From the human T2T-CHM13v2.0 reference genome, Homo sapiens: a stretch of 64,000 nt of DNA. The position numbers were made by a program, and so were the translations under genes. The stretch lies in NCBI RefSeq assembly GCF_009914755.1, contig NC_060936.1; one strand, written 5' to 3'. Positions 18,358 through 32,198 of the stretch are shown here, one piece after another. Each line of letters starts with the position of its first letter. Positions within the stretch are counted from its first letter, which is position 1. Under the pieces are notes generated by a model. It did no database searches, had not been told where the DNA came from, and saw nothing but the letters and a program-made list of their open reading frames with translations.

Positions 18358-19005
18358 AAATGCATGCTTTGCGTAGTAACCTACATGCTGGGATTTTAAA
18401 GGATGATAATTTTTTTTTCTTTCATGATTTCAGAGCCAATTGAGAATAGACATAAAAGTCACTTACATGGAAATCAAACATTATTTTTATTATTGAACAG
18501 ATATTGGAAAACACAGGATGCATGATTATAATGAAGTTTCTAATATGTTCCTCTTAACTAAACAATGTACACACCTAGTCACAAGCATGATAGACAACAA
18601 TAGGCCTTCCCCACAGGAACAAGCTCCTAAATATATGGAAGGAAAAAAATTGGAATGCATACCTCTGTGGATAGGCTGAATGCAAATAGAGATGTCAGAA
18701 AGCACAGAGCTGAGCATGCTCAGTTCCTTCTCATAAAATTTGCCAATCACATAATCAATTTTTTCTCCTAAGAGAGCAAGTAAAAAGAGAGGCCAGGATA
18801 ATTACTTTAGCAGACCTTTTGCACAAGGAAAAATCAGGCCAGGAGAGAGTTGGCTAACTCCTAATAGCACAGTATATAATTCCACAGGTGGATTCTTTTC
18901 AAAAATTAAATATTCAAAACATTTGAAGTTTGGACCACTTCAGGAAATTTATTAATATTTTAATTTGCTGATTCTACCTATTCATAATCGTTGTTGTTAC
19001 TATAA

Positions 19006-19371
<366 letters not shown>

Positions 19372-19439
19372 GGCTCAACTAATTCTTTTTAAAAAATCAA
19401 TTAATTCTTTAAATGTCTTGCTGCAAAAATACAGTATAG

Positions 19440-20330
19440 ACTATAAGAACATTTCCCAGGACTGAAGTAACTCGAGTTTCCAGATTGAAAGGGCCAACTG
19501 AACATCCAGTGCAAGAAATGTAAAAAGACACACAGCAGTACGCATCCTTATGAAAAGATAAAACTAGAAGACAGCAGAACAATGTCTTGAAGTTACTGAA
19601 GAAAATTATTTCCAAGCTAGAATTCTATATTCAATCGGGTGTGAGGGTAAAACACGTCATTTGCAGACAGCAAACATTCAGTATTTACCTTCCATGCATC
19701 ATTTTGCAGGAGGCTGATCAGAGTATGTGCTCCAGAAAAAAGAGGAAATAAACTAAGAAAGAAGAAAACTTGGCATCTAGGAACACAGTAATCCCAAATG
19801 AAGGAATGAAAGGCTTGTGACATTAGCTGAGCAGCAGGCCTAAAGAGCAGGTAGTCCAGACAGGCAGAAGGAGGAAGAACTTGAATGGAACTGATATTTT
19901 TTGACATGTTTGAGTGTTTGAAACATTATATATTCAAGTATGTAAAAGATACTCGAATGTATAGAAAAAATGAAGGTACCAAAAAAAGCAAATGAATTTA
20001 TGACACTTATTAACTTAAAAAAATTAAAAGTTGTACTAAAACTGATGTACTACTTGACTCAGAAGTGTGTGATATTTACATTATCAAAATAAGGGAAACA
20101 CTAAATATTGGTTAAACAAATAATGTTTTCATATAGTTATGCTGTGAAGATAGGAGGAGGATATTTGGGAAGGAGAAGGAAGAGAGCTTACTCTTCATCT
20201 TCCATGGCAGGAAGTTGATAGAGTGTGTCTAACACCAACAAATCCAAAACAGTAGTAAACACAATGTTTACAAGTATGAAGGTAAATATCAAGTTAAGCA
20301 GCTGAAAGAGAGAAGTGTGGTTCTTTTGAA
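19440..20330 (+). mobile_element. HAL1-like (Half-L1) ancient element fragment
   Basis: TTTCCAGATTGAAAGGGCC, TTCCAAGCTAGAATTCTATATTCA and TTTACCTTCCATGCA...TGTGCTCCAG match my recall of the HAL1 ORF1-like and 3' region. Confidence 0.6.
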
Positions 20331-20499
20331 AATAAAAATGCTGGGGGAAAAAATGCAGCAAAAAGCAACACTGTGCAGACCAAGCAAATACATTAACAGA
20401 ATCATTTAACCTAAGGTCTAGCATTTGTGACTCTACTCACTTCAGACCTTCGCACTAAAGCTTCCAACAAGGTTCTGAGTGTGCTGTTTCAGGCAAAGG

Positions 20500-20665
20500 A
20501 GCAGGGTAAGTGGTGCACTGAGCAGCCAGGTCTCCAGTCCCCATCCCTGCATCAACCAGAGCAATAACCTTTTTATCTAGTTTACTTTTGGGGCTACCAT
20601 GTAAGATTATATATGAAGGTAGTCTGACACTGCCTTAACACATTAATAAATGTTTGAAAATAACT
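20500..20665. mobile_element. Ancient hAT-like DNA transposon (MITE) fragment
   Basis: TCAACCAGAGCA...TTTTATCT...GTAAGATT...GTTTGAAAATAACTG resembles the end of a Charlie-group MITE. Confidence 0.4.
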
Positions 20666-22199
20666 GGCCCAGATATATGGCGCCAGAGAACACTTCAAAG
20701 CAGATATACAAACCAATAAACCGCCCAGCTGTTATTGCTGGTTTCCAGAGTGTAGCCTTAGATTAGCTAGAGACACCAGTGAGGAGAAAACACTGTCAGT
20801 TTCAGACAATGCCCCTAGCAGTTAGGGAGTAAGAGTTACAGGTTGTGAGGTTCTGGTGAAATAATATGCTAGTCCTCAGAGTTATCACCTAACAGGTTTA
20901 GAACTCTGGCTTCAAAAATATGGGGGAGTCTTGGGTCCTGGAATGCACATTTAAAGAACCAGGAAAGTATACACAAAGATCAGACATCCACTGCATCCAG
21001 GTGAAAAAAACTCATAAATGTAAGAGAATCTATGGGAAAAAAGAATAATCCTTGCCATCCTAAATCCAAGGACAGTGGGAAATATTATATTCACAGAATA
21101 ATAAAATAAATGTAGTCAAAAATATAAAAGGCCAGTTTATCCATAGAGATTAAACGAGAAATGAATTGAAAAAGCACATTTTAAACTTAAAGGATTAGAA
21201 ATTTCCTGAGATAATCCTTAATTTCATGTAATTTACTTTTTGAGAAAGCAATTTATTAAAAGTCCAATAACATGATTTAATTTTTGTTTCTATGAGAAAA
21301 TTCATATAAATAAATTCGCAAATTTGTTAGTGAAAATGTGGCTCTTTGAGTTGTTTCTTTTAGCAGCCAGAACACAAATAAACAAGAAGAAATTTTAATA
21401 GCCTCTGTATACAATAAATGTTAATTCCTTTAGCATTAATGTTTTCATAAAATGGGTGGGCTGGCATTGGCAGCTTGAGTTGGAAAGTGGACAAAATGAG
21501 ACAGGAGGTAAAACTGCTAAAGAGGAAAGGCCTGTACAGCAAGAGAAGGATTTATGAAACTTGGGACAAAGAATCAGCTCTATAGCCAGTGCTCTGGTGG
21601 TTGAAATGCAGAAAGTCCAAAGCTCTGCTTCTAGAAAGCTCCTCTTACAGAGGAATTTTGGGATAACGTCATATTTTTCAAATGGATAAACTGTGAATCA
21701 GCTTCAGAGCACTGAAATCTCCCAGATTAGGTCAGTTCAAGGATTACGTATTGTGAGAACTTACTGATTATTTTTAAAAGGAAGTGTATAAAAAATGTGT
21801 TTTTGTGATAAGCATATTTTAAAAAGTCTTTAGTCCTAAAAATGCCATTTGGGTTCCTAATGCTTGAGTAACATAATTTTTCAATATTAAAAACTATATG
21901 GATATAATTGATATAATTTACTCTATTAAATGGTTAAAAGAGAAATGACATAACTCATTTCTCAATAGATTTTGGAAGGTATTTGACTAAATCTTGTACA
22001 TATTCTCAATCAAGCCTTCATAATATAACATATATACATATAAAATATTACATAACATATTTTAAAAATCTCTATCTCAAAGCAACAGCTGAAACTCTAT
22101 AAATATTTCTGGTATTTGGAGGAGCAGTTTGGTATCATTACTATTATTTTTTGTATTATTACTAAGAACAATTAGGCAGAGAAATAATAGTAAGGATAA

Positions 22200-22445
22200 A
22201 AATATATCAAGAATCTCCTATGCGTCTGGTACTCCACTAAGTCCTTCTTATGGGTTATTTATCTTATATAATCTTCATAACTTTATGAGATAGATACTAT
22301 TGCAACAGCAGTTTACTGATGAAAAAGAAAACTGAGACTAGGGAAATTAACTCAGAGATGTGGTAACATATCCAATAAGTAGTGAAGCCAGGATTCAAAC
22401 CCAGGCAATGACTACAGATCTGGGCTGTTAATTTTTACACTATAT
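22200..22445 (-). mobile_element. MIR
   Basis: GAAAACTGAGACTAGGG...GCCAGGATTCAAACCCAGG reverse MIR core. Confidence 0.75.
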
Positions 22446-22590
22446 TAATTTAATTGACAAATTTATATTGAGTGTCTACCATGTTTTAGGCCTATGAGTA
22501 CCAGGGATATATCAGTGCATAAAAGAGACAAAAATCACTGCCCTAACAAAATTTACAATATAGAAATAAAAATTTTAAAGGCTGATTTTT

Positions 22591-22738
22591 GGGCCAGGCG
22601 CAGGGGTGACTCATGCCTATCATCCCAGCTCCTTGGGAGGCCGAGGTGAGTGGATCACCTGAGGTCAGGAATTCGAGACCAGCCTGGAGAACATGGCGAA
22701 ACCCTGTCTCTACTAAAAAGAAAAAAAAAAAATTAGCT
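22591..22738 (+). mobile_element. AluS left arm only (right arm lost)
   Basis: Left monomer and middle A-rich linker ending ATTAGCT, joined abruptly to L2 sequence. Confidence 0.88.
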
Positions 22739-22963
22739 ACGAAGGAGGTCTATCAGGGAGAAGAGTGAGGACAACTATACCGAATGCTCCTGAGAACACC
22801 TGAATTTAGTGATGTAAAAGTTATTGGTGAAGTTGATAAGAGCAGTTTCCGTGGAATTACAGGGACAAAAGCCTGACTACCGTGGGTTATTCAAGAGAGA
22901 AGCGGAGAAGAGGAGTTGCGGAGAGCAAGTATAGGCAAGGCTTTTGAGGAATTTTGTTGCTGA

Positions 22964-23340
<377 letters not shown>

Positions 23341-23454
23341 AAAGTTTGTTTTTAATGAGAGAAAAATACAATGTTTAGGGGCTTATGGGAGTAGTCCAGT
23401 AAGGAAAAAAATAATAATGCTTTAGGAAAAGGAGAAAAAAATTACTGAGTGATT

Positions 23455-23942
<488 letters not shown>

Positions 23943-23964
23943 TCAATTTTCTTAAGGAAGAAGA

Positions 23965-23988
23965 AGGAAGGAAGGAAGGAAGGAAGGA
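23965..23988. repeat. (GGAA)6 microsatellite
   Basis: Seen directly. Confidence 0.9.
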
Positions 23989-25608
23989 AATTATCTGAGA
24001 ACAAGGAAGGAGAAAAAGTTTTGCTGAGGGTTTGAGGAGAGAGGAGAAGGTGGAAAATATTTGTTTAGGAAAATCGAACGGTAAATGGACCAGAGAAGTA
24101 CAGCGAGATTGCCAGGCAGCAGTCAGGCCATTTGTTATTTATAGTCACAAATTTAAAGTGGGACTCATCGGTGAGAACTGTGTTTTCTTTCAGCCAGATG
24201 CTGTGCAGAGGAGGCGGAGAGTTAGATTTAAACAGGGTTGTTTTTTGCCAAGTTAATACAAAGTGAAAGAAAGGCAAAGGAATCAAGAGTCCATACGCAG
24301 AAATGAGGATAGTGTTTGTCACAGATTTTAAACTGGAAAAGAAGAGAACTGAAAGGCAGGTGAGGGAAAAGGGAAAGGTACTATGATCAATGGACTAGAA
24401 GTCCAGATAAGGTCAAAGTCTTATTGAAGTTGAACATTACAGGGAAAAGACAATAGATGAGAGAGTGAAATGGAGATAATGAAGGAGTAGCAATTATTGA
24501 TCCTAAGAAATAAGATTACAATGTGGTGATAGGAATGGGTGGCTGAAGGAGGATAAGGGACAAAATCCTTGAAGGAATGGAATTTAAAGTGACTGAAAGA
24601 TAAGGCTATTGGAAAAATCATATTTGAATATAAAGATATTACCAAGAATTAATACAGAAGATGGGTTTGAGAGAATGACTCTGAACTATGAAATGAAGAT
24701 TTTTGATTGATATTTTTGTTCAATGGGCTAACGATACAAATACAATAGGCCAAGACAAATGTGTTGGCAAAGACATAGCCAAACACATTTTGACAAGATA
24801 CTCTCAATTTCAGCTGGTCCTCATAGGTCTTTAAGTTTACACTGCAGTGAGAAGTAAAGGTTAATTTATCTGACACTAACCCCTGGCAGTCCTCCCAGAG
24901 TGAGAGTTGGCTTCCTGCAGGGTGGGAATATTTGGCAAACATCCTGGGAGAACACTGAGGTGGAGGAACAAGGCTGAAGGCCAAGGTCCCATGTATCATA
25001 CACCTCAAACTGCAAGACCTGTGTCTGAGCGCCTGTTCATAGCAGGGAGGCTCTGTGACTGGGAGGAAGCCCAGACCGGGAATGCTGAGATGGCAGAAGA
25101 AGGGAAGTCCAACAAGGCTGGGACCCAGGTCCTCATCATACCAGAGGACTTGCTGGCACTTCCCTAAACATGCAGCTTATTAACCCACAGAGCTTGGACT
25201 GAACACTCTGCTAGATCATTTTGCGCTATCCCAGAGAATGATAGGCAAAGGAGGAACTGTCCACCAGCTCCTCTTCCTGCCTCTGTAAGCGTCTATGGAT
25301 AAATATCATTCCAGGTCTAGTGTGTGTGGTGTCAGGCCACTCATCCTGTGTATGTTCCCTCAGCAGACATGATCAAACTCCCCTGGTTTCTTCTTCCTAT
25401 TTTACATGTCAAGAACAAAAAGAAAATAAGATTTCATTATTATTATTATTATTATTTTTGTTAACCATATATTTGGTATGATGTATTATAATGACTTAAG
25501 CCTTTAACCCTTAATTAATCTGTAAGGGTTTTAGGAATTGTCCTGGGAAGTCCAGTAGAAGAGAGAAACTCAAAGCATTTTTTGCAATACCAGCAATGGG
25601 TTGCTAAG

Positions 25609-25782
25609 GCAGGGATGGCAAGCATAAAGCTCCTCATGTATCCACTGTACTCCCAGCGTCATGGAAAACATCAAAGCACCCTTTTCTGCTGACTCACCCC
25701 CCCACCCAGAAGATTTTTTGCACAGCACTCAAGAAAAACACAGTAGTTAGTTGGAATTAGCACCAGATACCCTCATGCCTGC
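25609..25782. mobile_element. hAT-Charlie-like MITE remnant
   Basis: Begins CAGGGATGGCAA and ends CATGCCTG (degenerate TIRs); internal CATGG...CACAGCACTC resembles my recall of a Charlie MITE. Confidence 0.45.
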
Positions 25783-26124
25783 TTTCTGAGATAAAGAATA
25801 CATTGATACATTGATCATGTAACTGAAAGAGGATGCATCATCGGCCTCCATCACTGTCTGGGGGGCCAGTGCAATGCATCTAGAATTTGTATTTAAAAAG
25901 CAACAACAATTCAAAAAATCGAAGATTTATTTCATTTCCCCAATAAATGCAGACTCCAGTAGTATCTAACAGCCTTCTTGCTCCTACCTCATTGCCACCA
26001 GTCACATATTAGCAGTCTTGGCTGAAATACTAAAGATACTTAAATCTGAATATAATTCAAATCATAGTTTTGTAATATTTAATTCCACCGTGAAACTGAG
26101 CTACTATGAGATTACTGACAAAGA

Positions 26125-26385
26125 GAAGACACTATAGCGTAGTATTGTGTCATGGATTTTAAAGTCGGCCGGATGTGAATTTGTATCAATTTACCATCTC
26201 TTTGATCTTAAATAAGTTTCTTAATATCCCAAACCTCAGTTGCTTCTCTCTAGAATGGAGACAATAATACTAACATTGCTGAAGGTAATTTTAATCTACC
26301 ATGATGATTTAACATTATATGTCAAGTATTTAGTACAGAGGCTGGGATAGAATTAGTGCCCAGTTAATGGTAGCTATTACTATAA
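26125..26385 (+). mobile_element. MIR, near full length
   Basis: AACCTCAGTTGCTTCTCTCTAGAATGG...TAGTACAGAGGCTGGGATAG...AATGGTAGCTATTA. Confidence 0.75.
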
Positions 26386-26494
26386 ATATATAAGTATCAT
26401 ACACTCAACTCACTGTATATCATGTGCAACTTTCCTATGCCTGGGGTAGACTTCTCCACTTACTATCATTCACCACACACACACAAAAATTCAG

Positions 26495-26533
26495 GCAGCT
26501 GCATCCACGTGGATTTCTGATCACGTGAGTCAC
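26495..26533. promoter_or_regulatory. Candidate enhancer motif cluster: CAGCTG, two CACGTG E-boxes and an overlapping AP-1 site
   Basis: CAGCTG 26496-26501, CACGTG 26506-26511 and 26522-26527, TGAGTCA 26526-26532. Motif match only, no functional data. Confidence 0.35.
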
Positions 26534-26849
26534 TGTTAAAAACCTTGGCTGCCCTGACCAAAACTTTGATCGTTTTGCAAGCTGTTCCAGAAATGGGTCA
26601 GAGAGTTTTTTTTAAAATGTTTCTCTGTTAGGGAGAAAATAAAAGGATGGGGCTTTTATGTGTGAGTGTTTTGTTAGCTTCTCTGTTTCTTATCAATTTA
26701 TGATCCTTTAGAAAGGAATAGACCAGGTGAATTGTAACCACAATCACACCCCTGTGATACACAGAGGTGTCATTAAACAATAAGGATCTTGTCCCAGCCA
26801 ATTATCCTAAGATCAAAATAAAGAAGGGGGTTAGCACTATGTTCTCTCC

Positions 26850-27105
26850 AAAGCCAAAAATCTCTAAAGCCGCAGAGGAGAGAGCACCACTGCTGGAGAG
26901 GCGCTCCTTACCCAGAATGAAAACTGGGAGGAATCTTCTAGCTTCCTCCTTTTACCCACCTTCTGATCTCCTACCAGTCCTTTCTATTGGCCAAACATAG
27001 CAAAGCCACCTCACTCCTGCAGGTTGAGTCAGGCCCCAATCACACCAGCCTACCAGGAGCAGGGACGGGCAGGACAGGATCTGGGGGCCAAAAGGAAAAC
27101 ATCTG
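26850..27105 (-). mobile_element. ERVL LTR fragment (LTR33-like)
   Basis: CCCACCTTCTGATCTCCT...ATTGGCCAAAC...GAGCAGGG...GGATCTGGGGGCC resembles the reverse LTR33 5' end. Confidence 0.5.
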
Positions 27106-27112
27106 ATAAGTA

Positions 27113-27480
27113 GGCCTTCCTTTCAGTTCCTTGAAAATGCCAAGCTCTTTCCAATGTCAGGATATTCATATATTCCATGTCCTCTTTCTATAATTCTTTT
27201 CCCACCACTATTCACCTCTTATCATTCTTCAAGTCCCAGTTTAAATATTACTTCCTCAAAAAGACCTTCCTTGACTACCTGTGTAAAATAGATCTCCTCT
27301 GTTATTCTTTCTTTAAAACCCTCTCTTCTTGCTAACCTTTATAATTATATACATATCTTCTAATTATCTGTTTAATGTCTACCTATCCAGGGGCTAGGAA
27401 TATCTGTTTTGCTTTCTACTGCATTGTCAGAATCTAGCAGAGTGCCTAGCCTATAAAGAGTGCTTAACACTAAGTAAATA
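27113..27480 (+). mobile_element. L2 3' region
   Basis: CCTTCCTTTCAGTTCCTTGAA...ACCTTCCTTGACTACC...TCTAGCAGAGTGCCTAGC. Confidence 0.7.
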
Positions 27481-28307
27481 GTAACTATAATTATTACTAT
27501 CTTTTATTTTTAATAATTGTACCATAATTGGATAATCAGTGAGAGATGTCAGCCCATTCTGAAATATATGTTAATTTCTTTCTGATGCTGTTGTTTTCTT
27601 CCTAATATTTAGTAAACACAAGTTGAATGTTTCAGTTCCATGAACACTTTTTAGACATTACCTAGAATACCAAATTTCCATATCTTGAGGCTTCAAAGAC
27701 CATTAGGGAAAAATTGATACATTCCTTGAACTGTTAAAACAAAAACTATGTTGGCAAACTTGGAATAAACGAATTCTTTTCATCAAATAATCTGTAACTG
27801 AAAAGAGAAAAATGTGTACAGTAGAGCAATTTATCATCTGCAAAATCTCTTTATGCTTCACACATTCTGGTTTGGATCTTTTGATTTTTGTTCTTTAAAT
27901 CTACTGAATGATAAATTTTCCTTGTCATTTCATAGGAGACCTTCATTATTTTTCTCCTACCATCAGTTTATTTTTTTCTCAGTAAAATTCAGCTCCCTTT
28001 TCTTTCTTAGCATTTTAACCTACCTGCTTCATGTGGGATAAAGAAATGCCCCATCTTTCACAGATAAAATAAATCTCCACATAAACGGTGACTGTTTTGT
28101 CTTTAGAGACTTTGTCTCCAAAATTTCCCACATGTGCCACAATCTTCTTAAGTTATCATACAGAGAACAACTCCTGCAATCTTGGGAAGTGAGGAGTTTG
28201 GAGGGCAACAGGTTGGCAATGGGGCGACTGAGGTGACTGTCTTGAGCAATCACCACGTATGGAGCTAAAGAGTCTACTTCCAGGTTCATTTCTGCCATTA
28301 GTCTAAG

Positions 28308-28810
28308 ATTCATTTATTCATGAAACATTTATCAAGTGGCTACTGTGTGTTAGACGCTATGCTAGGGCTAGAGATGCATTACGGATAAGCTGTGGCTCCT
28401 GTTCTCAGGGAGCTCATTGTGTAGTATAGGGAAACAAGAAAGTAACAAATATTTACAATTTGTGATGTTTAATGCTTTAGGGAAAGTAACACAAAGCACT
28501 ATGGGAAAATATGGAGGATCTCTAACCCAATTTTGGGCAGGTGTGAGGGTGGGGATGGTACAGCAAAGGCTTTCTGGAGAAAATGATGCTTGCGCTGAAA
28601 GATAAGTCTGGATTGCCCAGACAGACAATAGAATAATGTTCCAGAAAAAGCAAACAGTGCTTGCAAAAGTTCACAGCAATGTGTTATTGGTGAATTATAA
28701 GTAATTTAGGGCCAGGTTCAGGACAGGGAAGGAAGTGAAAAATGAACTGAAAAAATGAGCAGATGTTGAGAGGTTTTGCATCAGGTGAGAATTTGTTCTT
28801 TATCATCAGG
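28308..28810 (-). mobile_element. L2 3' region
   Basis: ATTCATTTATTCATGAAACATTTATCAAG...CTACTGTGTG...GCTAGGG reverse L2 tail. Confidence 0.75.
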
Positions 28811-28847
28811 TCCTTCTGCACTAACCCAGGTTAAAAGGATTGATGAC

Positions 28848-29070
28848 AGACAGTGGAAAGAAGAGGGACTTTTGGAGTCAGACAACTTGAGTTTGAAACT
28901 TGGTCTTGCCACTAGTTTGTAATATCGGTCAAAATTTCTTGGCCTCTCTAAGCCCTAGTTGCTTTAGCAATACAAAAGATAATAATGTGCTCTAAAGGAT
29001 TATCATTAGGGTTAAATAATACATGTAGCATCAGCACATTGCATGGTGCCATGTTAAATATCAACTATTA
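28848..29070 (+). mobile_element. MIR
   Basis: GACTTTTGGAGTCAGACA...TTGAGTTTGAAAC MIR head. Confidence 0.7.
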
Positions 29071-29389
29071 TAAAACAAATTGCTGTAATCAAGAATATCC
29101 ACACAGAGCTTTGAGTCACATACTTAAGTGAACACAAACTAGAATCTTGTTACCAGAGAGACATTTGTCTGCCTGAACCTGTTTGGATCTTTTTGTTTTG
29201 TTTATTTGGCACTGTGTTTTTAATGGTGGTGTATATTTCACAATTTGGTGCTATATCACTGCTTAATAAATGAGTTATCTAGAGTGAATTATTATGTCTT
29301 CAGACTTAATCATGCTTCATTTCCTTCATGCCATAGAATTTTTGAGCTAAAAGAGGTTACAGAACTAATCTCTGGAAGCTGGAGAAAAA

Positions 29390-29880
29390 GCACAATGTTG
29401 GAATAGAAATATGTGCTAAGAGCAAACAAATTGAGTATCCATCAGGAGGGAAATAGTTAAATAAACTTATATTTCTATGCTACGAAATACTATGCACCAG
29501 CTAAAAGGAATGAGATTGCTCGCTGTGTACTGACATAGCTAGAGCTCCAAAACCTATTGTCAAATGAAAAGCAGGCTGCATAAAGATATCTTCAAAATGA
29601 CATTATTTTCATACAAAAATATACACACTTGTATAAGTAACATTATATTACTTCTATATGTGCTTATATATGCTTTCTAGGTTACATGTATATAAACACA
29701 TAGAAAAACTTGAAGTATATACACTAAAATTATAAGTGGCTATTTATTGTCACTTGAGAAAGTTTGTTGGGGCAAGGGGGTAGTATTCCAAGGAGACATT
29801 AGCCTTTCAGAAACATTTAAATTTTTTACAGATAATATACTCTTGCTGTTTGTGTAATTCAACATTTGTTTTCAAAAAAG
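29390..29880 (+). mobile_element. L1ME 3' UTR fragment
   Basis: TATCCATCAGGAGGGAAATAGTTAAATAAAC...GAAATACTATGCACCAG. Confidence 0.65.
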
Positions 29881-29884
29881 AAAC

Positions 29885-30290
29885 ATGGAAAGAGCAAGGG
29901 CTTTGAGGCTGGCTGAAACTGGCTCAAACCCTGGCCTCAGCAGCTTGTTAACTCTATGACTTTTGGGAAAACATGACCCCTCTGTCTCAGTTCCTTCATC
30001 AGCAAGATGAGGATAGAGCACCTGTCTTGCAGGTTTGCTGCAACAACTGAAAGTAAACCTCCTTGTACATTATTAGCATTCTGTGCATTAGTGGTTTCTT
30101 TCCCCTGTGCTGAATGCAATGGCTTTTTTCTTCTTTCTTTAAAAAAAATTTTTTTTTTTTTACAAAATAGGAAACCAAATACAAAGTGGCTAAGTCACTT
30201 CCACAAAGCCATACAGCAGTTTAATGTGAGAGCAAGGGGTATAATCCATGTGTCCCACATTATAATAAAGTCAGCATTACACTCTATGGG
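29885..30290. mobile_element. Two MIR fragments (+ ~29885-30090, - ~30160-30290)
   Basis: CTCTGTCTCAGTTCCTTCATCAGCAAGATGAGGAT (+) and TTTTACAAAATAGGAAACC...AAGTCACTTCC (-). Confidence 0.6.
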
Positions 30291-30604
30291 GCTTTGGGTT
30301 ATGATGTGTATATGGCTGTTTATAGTAGTAGTTCCAAAGCTCAGATTCCAGGTGGCAGGTTTATTTGCTGATTTGTCATGCAGAGTACCAGATTCTGGGC
30401 TTGGGCAACTGTTGAACAAAACAAACCAAGAAAGGCCAGGCAAGGTGTGTTGGGTAGACCTCCGAGGTTATATCTGGCATGACTGTTCTTTTGACCTTGC
30501 TGTCAAGGAAATCTAGCAGTAGATATCAGGGGCCTCACTACAAGAAAAACATTGGTATCAGGCAATAAACTAGTTAGCACGAAAGGATGTGGGGTCAAAA
30601 ATGG

Positions 30605-30790
30605 ACATCTGACATTCTTTTTGACCACCTAGAATCTGAACCCTCTTCCTATGTTTGGGTAATTTTTCGACTTTATGAGGCAGAGATTGACACCCACTAT
30701 ATTAGTTGAAAATGACAGCTAATTTTCCAGCTGCCTTTGCAGCTAGGATATAGTCAGACGGCCTAGGCTCTAGCAATCAGAAGTACCTTC
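30605..30790 (+). mobile_element. ERVL LTR fragment (LTR16/LTR33 group)
   Basis: TCTGAACCCTCTTCCTATGTTTGGG...CCTTTGCAGCTAGG...CCTAGGCTCTAGCAATCAGA. Confidence 0.45.
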
Positions 30791-31280
30791 CTTATCAGAG
30801 TCCACTTTCTTTAGAATGACAGGGATTATTTGCAGGCCTATGGTGAGTACCCACCAAGGGCTTTTATTACTAATTTTAACTGAAGCCCTGAATTTTAATT
30901 TTAACTGTATTTTAATTCTAAACTATTTTGTGAATGCAAAACAAAGGGGATTTTGCTTTCTGATGCCATTGCATAGGAGCAAGATGCTCTATCAGACTCT
31001 ATGCAATGGCACTCTGTGCTATTGTATGCAGTTCAATGATCTTTACCCAGATGAAACCACACCGGAGGAGGTTACAACTCCTGCTCCAGGAAAGAAGGTG
31101 TATTTCCTGGGAACCTCTAAGAACTGGTTGAACCTGCTGGTTGACTTTCTTGGAAGAATGAATGACTAAGTGAACATTTTCATATTTCTCCCCTTTTTGT
31201 GCTTTGTAATTGCTGCTTGTCCAAAGTGCCTGAAGACTCTGCTTTCTGGACTAGGGCATGAGAACTTACTTCAGTGCCTA

Positions 31281-31925
31281 TGTAGGACTGCAAGCTAAGC
31301 TGCTGCATCTTAGCCTTTAATAGGCATCCCAACTACTTGTAACATGCTAGAACTGTGTGGCTCCTTTCTGTCCTGCAGAAAAGAAGGACTCATGTCTGAC
31401 ACCTCTGAGGCCTCAGCCTCACCCATTTCCTGTTTCGATACCACTAACACCATCAGTTCTATATTGGCTCCCAGTGGCTTTACATACGTATATCTCACCC
31501 CAAGCTGCACCATACGCCTCTCACCTCCCACCCTAGGGAGGTGTTAGTGCTAAGATATGGAAGCCACAGATGCTGCTTATGGCCTACACATGTGAAACCC
31601 TGAAGGGCAGGGAGTTAGTATCCCATGAGGTAAACTTTTGATTTTAAAAAGTCAGCTGGTACATAAGTTCTTCCCCTTTTCTCCCTCTAGATGGACTTTT
31701 TTGAGATGCAGTTTATGTGACTTCTTGCTGGACGATCCTGTGATTTTTTTCAGTAAGTCTCAGTAGCTTCACACTTGATCATGTGGTCTCATATTGGCTT
31801 CCCCTTTCCTCCTTCTCTCCCGTTGTTTTCTCATACCTGGAAATGCATCTCCTAATAGAGTAGAAGTATTATACCATAAGCTCATTGTCTCAGGCTCTGT
31901 TTTCTGGGTAACCCAAGCTAAGGCA
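31281..31925 (+). mobile_element. ERVL solo LTR (LTR16/LTR33/LTR40 group)
   Basis: Starts TGTAGG; ends TGTCTCAGGCTCTGTTTTCTGGGTAACCCAAGCTAAGGCA, typical of ERVL LTR U5 ends. Confidence 0.55.
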
Positions 31926-32014
31926 ATACCACATAATTCTATAAACAAAATTAGGCCAGTTTTGCCATCTTTGGGAGTTTTTCCTCACTTGGGAATCCTT
32001 TCTGAGTTTTCACT

Positions 32015-32198
32015 CAGTTATATCCTAAATGTGTGACTTTGGGAAATTTGCTTAAGCTCTCTGACCCTCACATTCTTCAAGATAACATAATAATGATGCT
32101 TGTTTCATGAAAGAAGGGATTAAAAGAAGACTGAAGATCACTTAGTACAGTGCCTGACATGTAACAAATGCTCAATAAATGTTATTATTATTATTATA
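32015..32198 (+). mobile_element. MIR
   Basis: TGTGTGACTTTGGGAAATTTGCTTAAGCTCTCTG...CTTAGTACAGTGCCTGACA...GCTCAATAAATGTT. Confidence 0.8.

Noticed and set aside
24700-25370. Possible ancient LTR
   Set aside because: LTR-like composition, but I could not identify termini, a TSD or a family with any confidence.
30007-30516. 169-aa ORF
   Set aside because: It runs through two MIR fragments and homopolymer tracts; no recognisable protein family.
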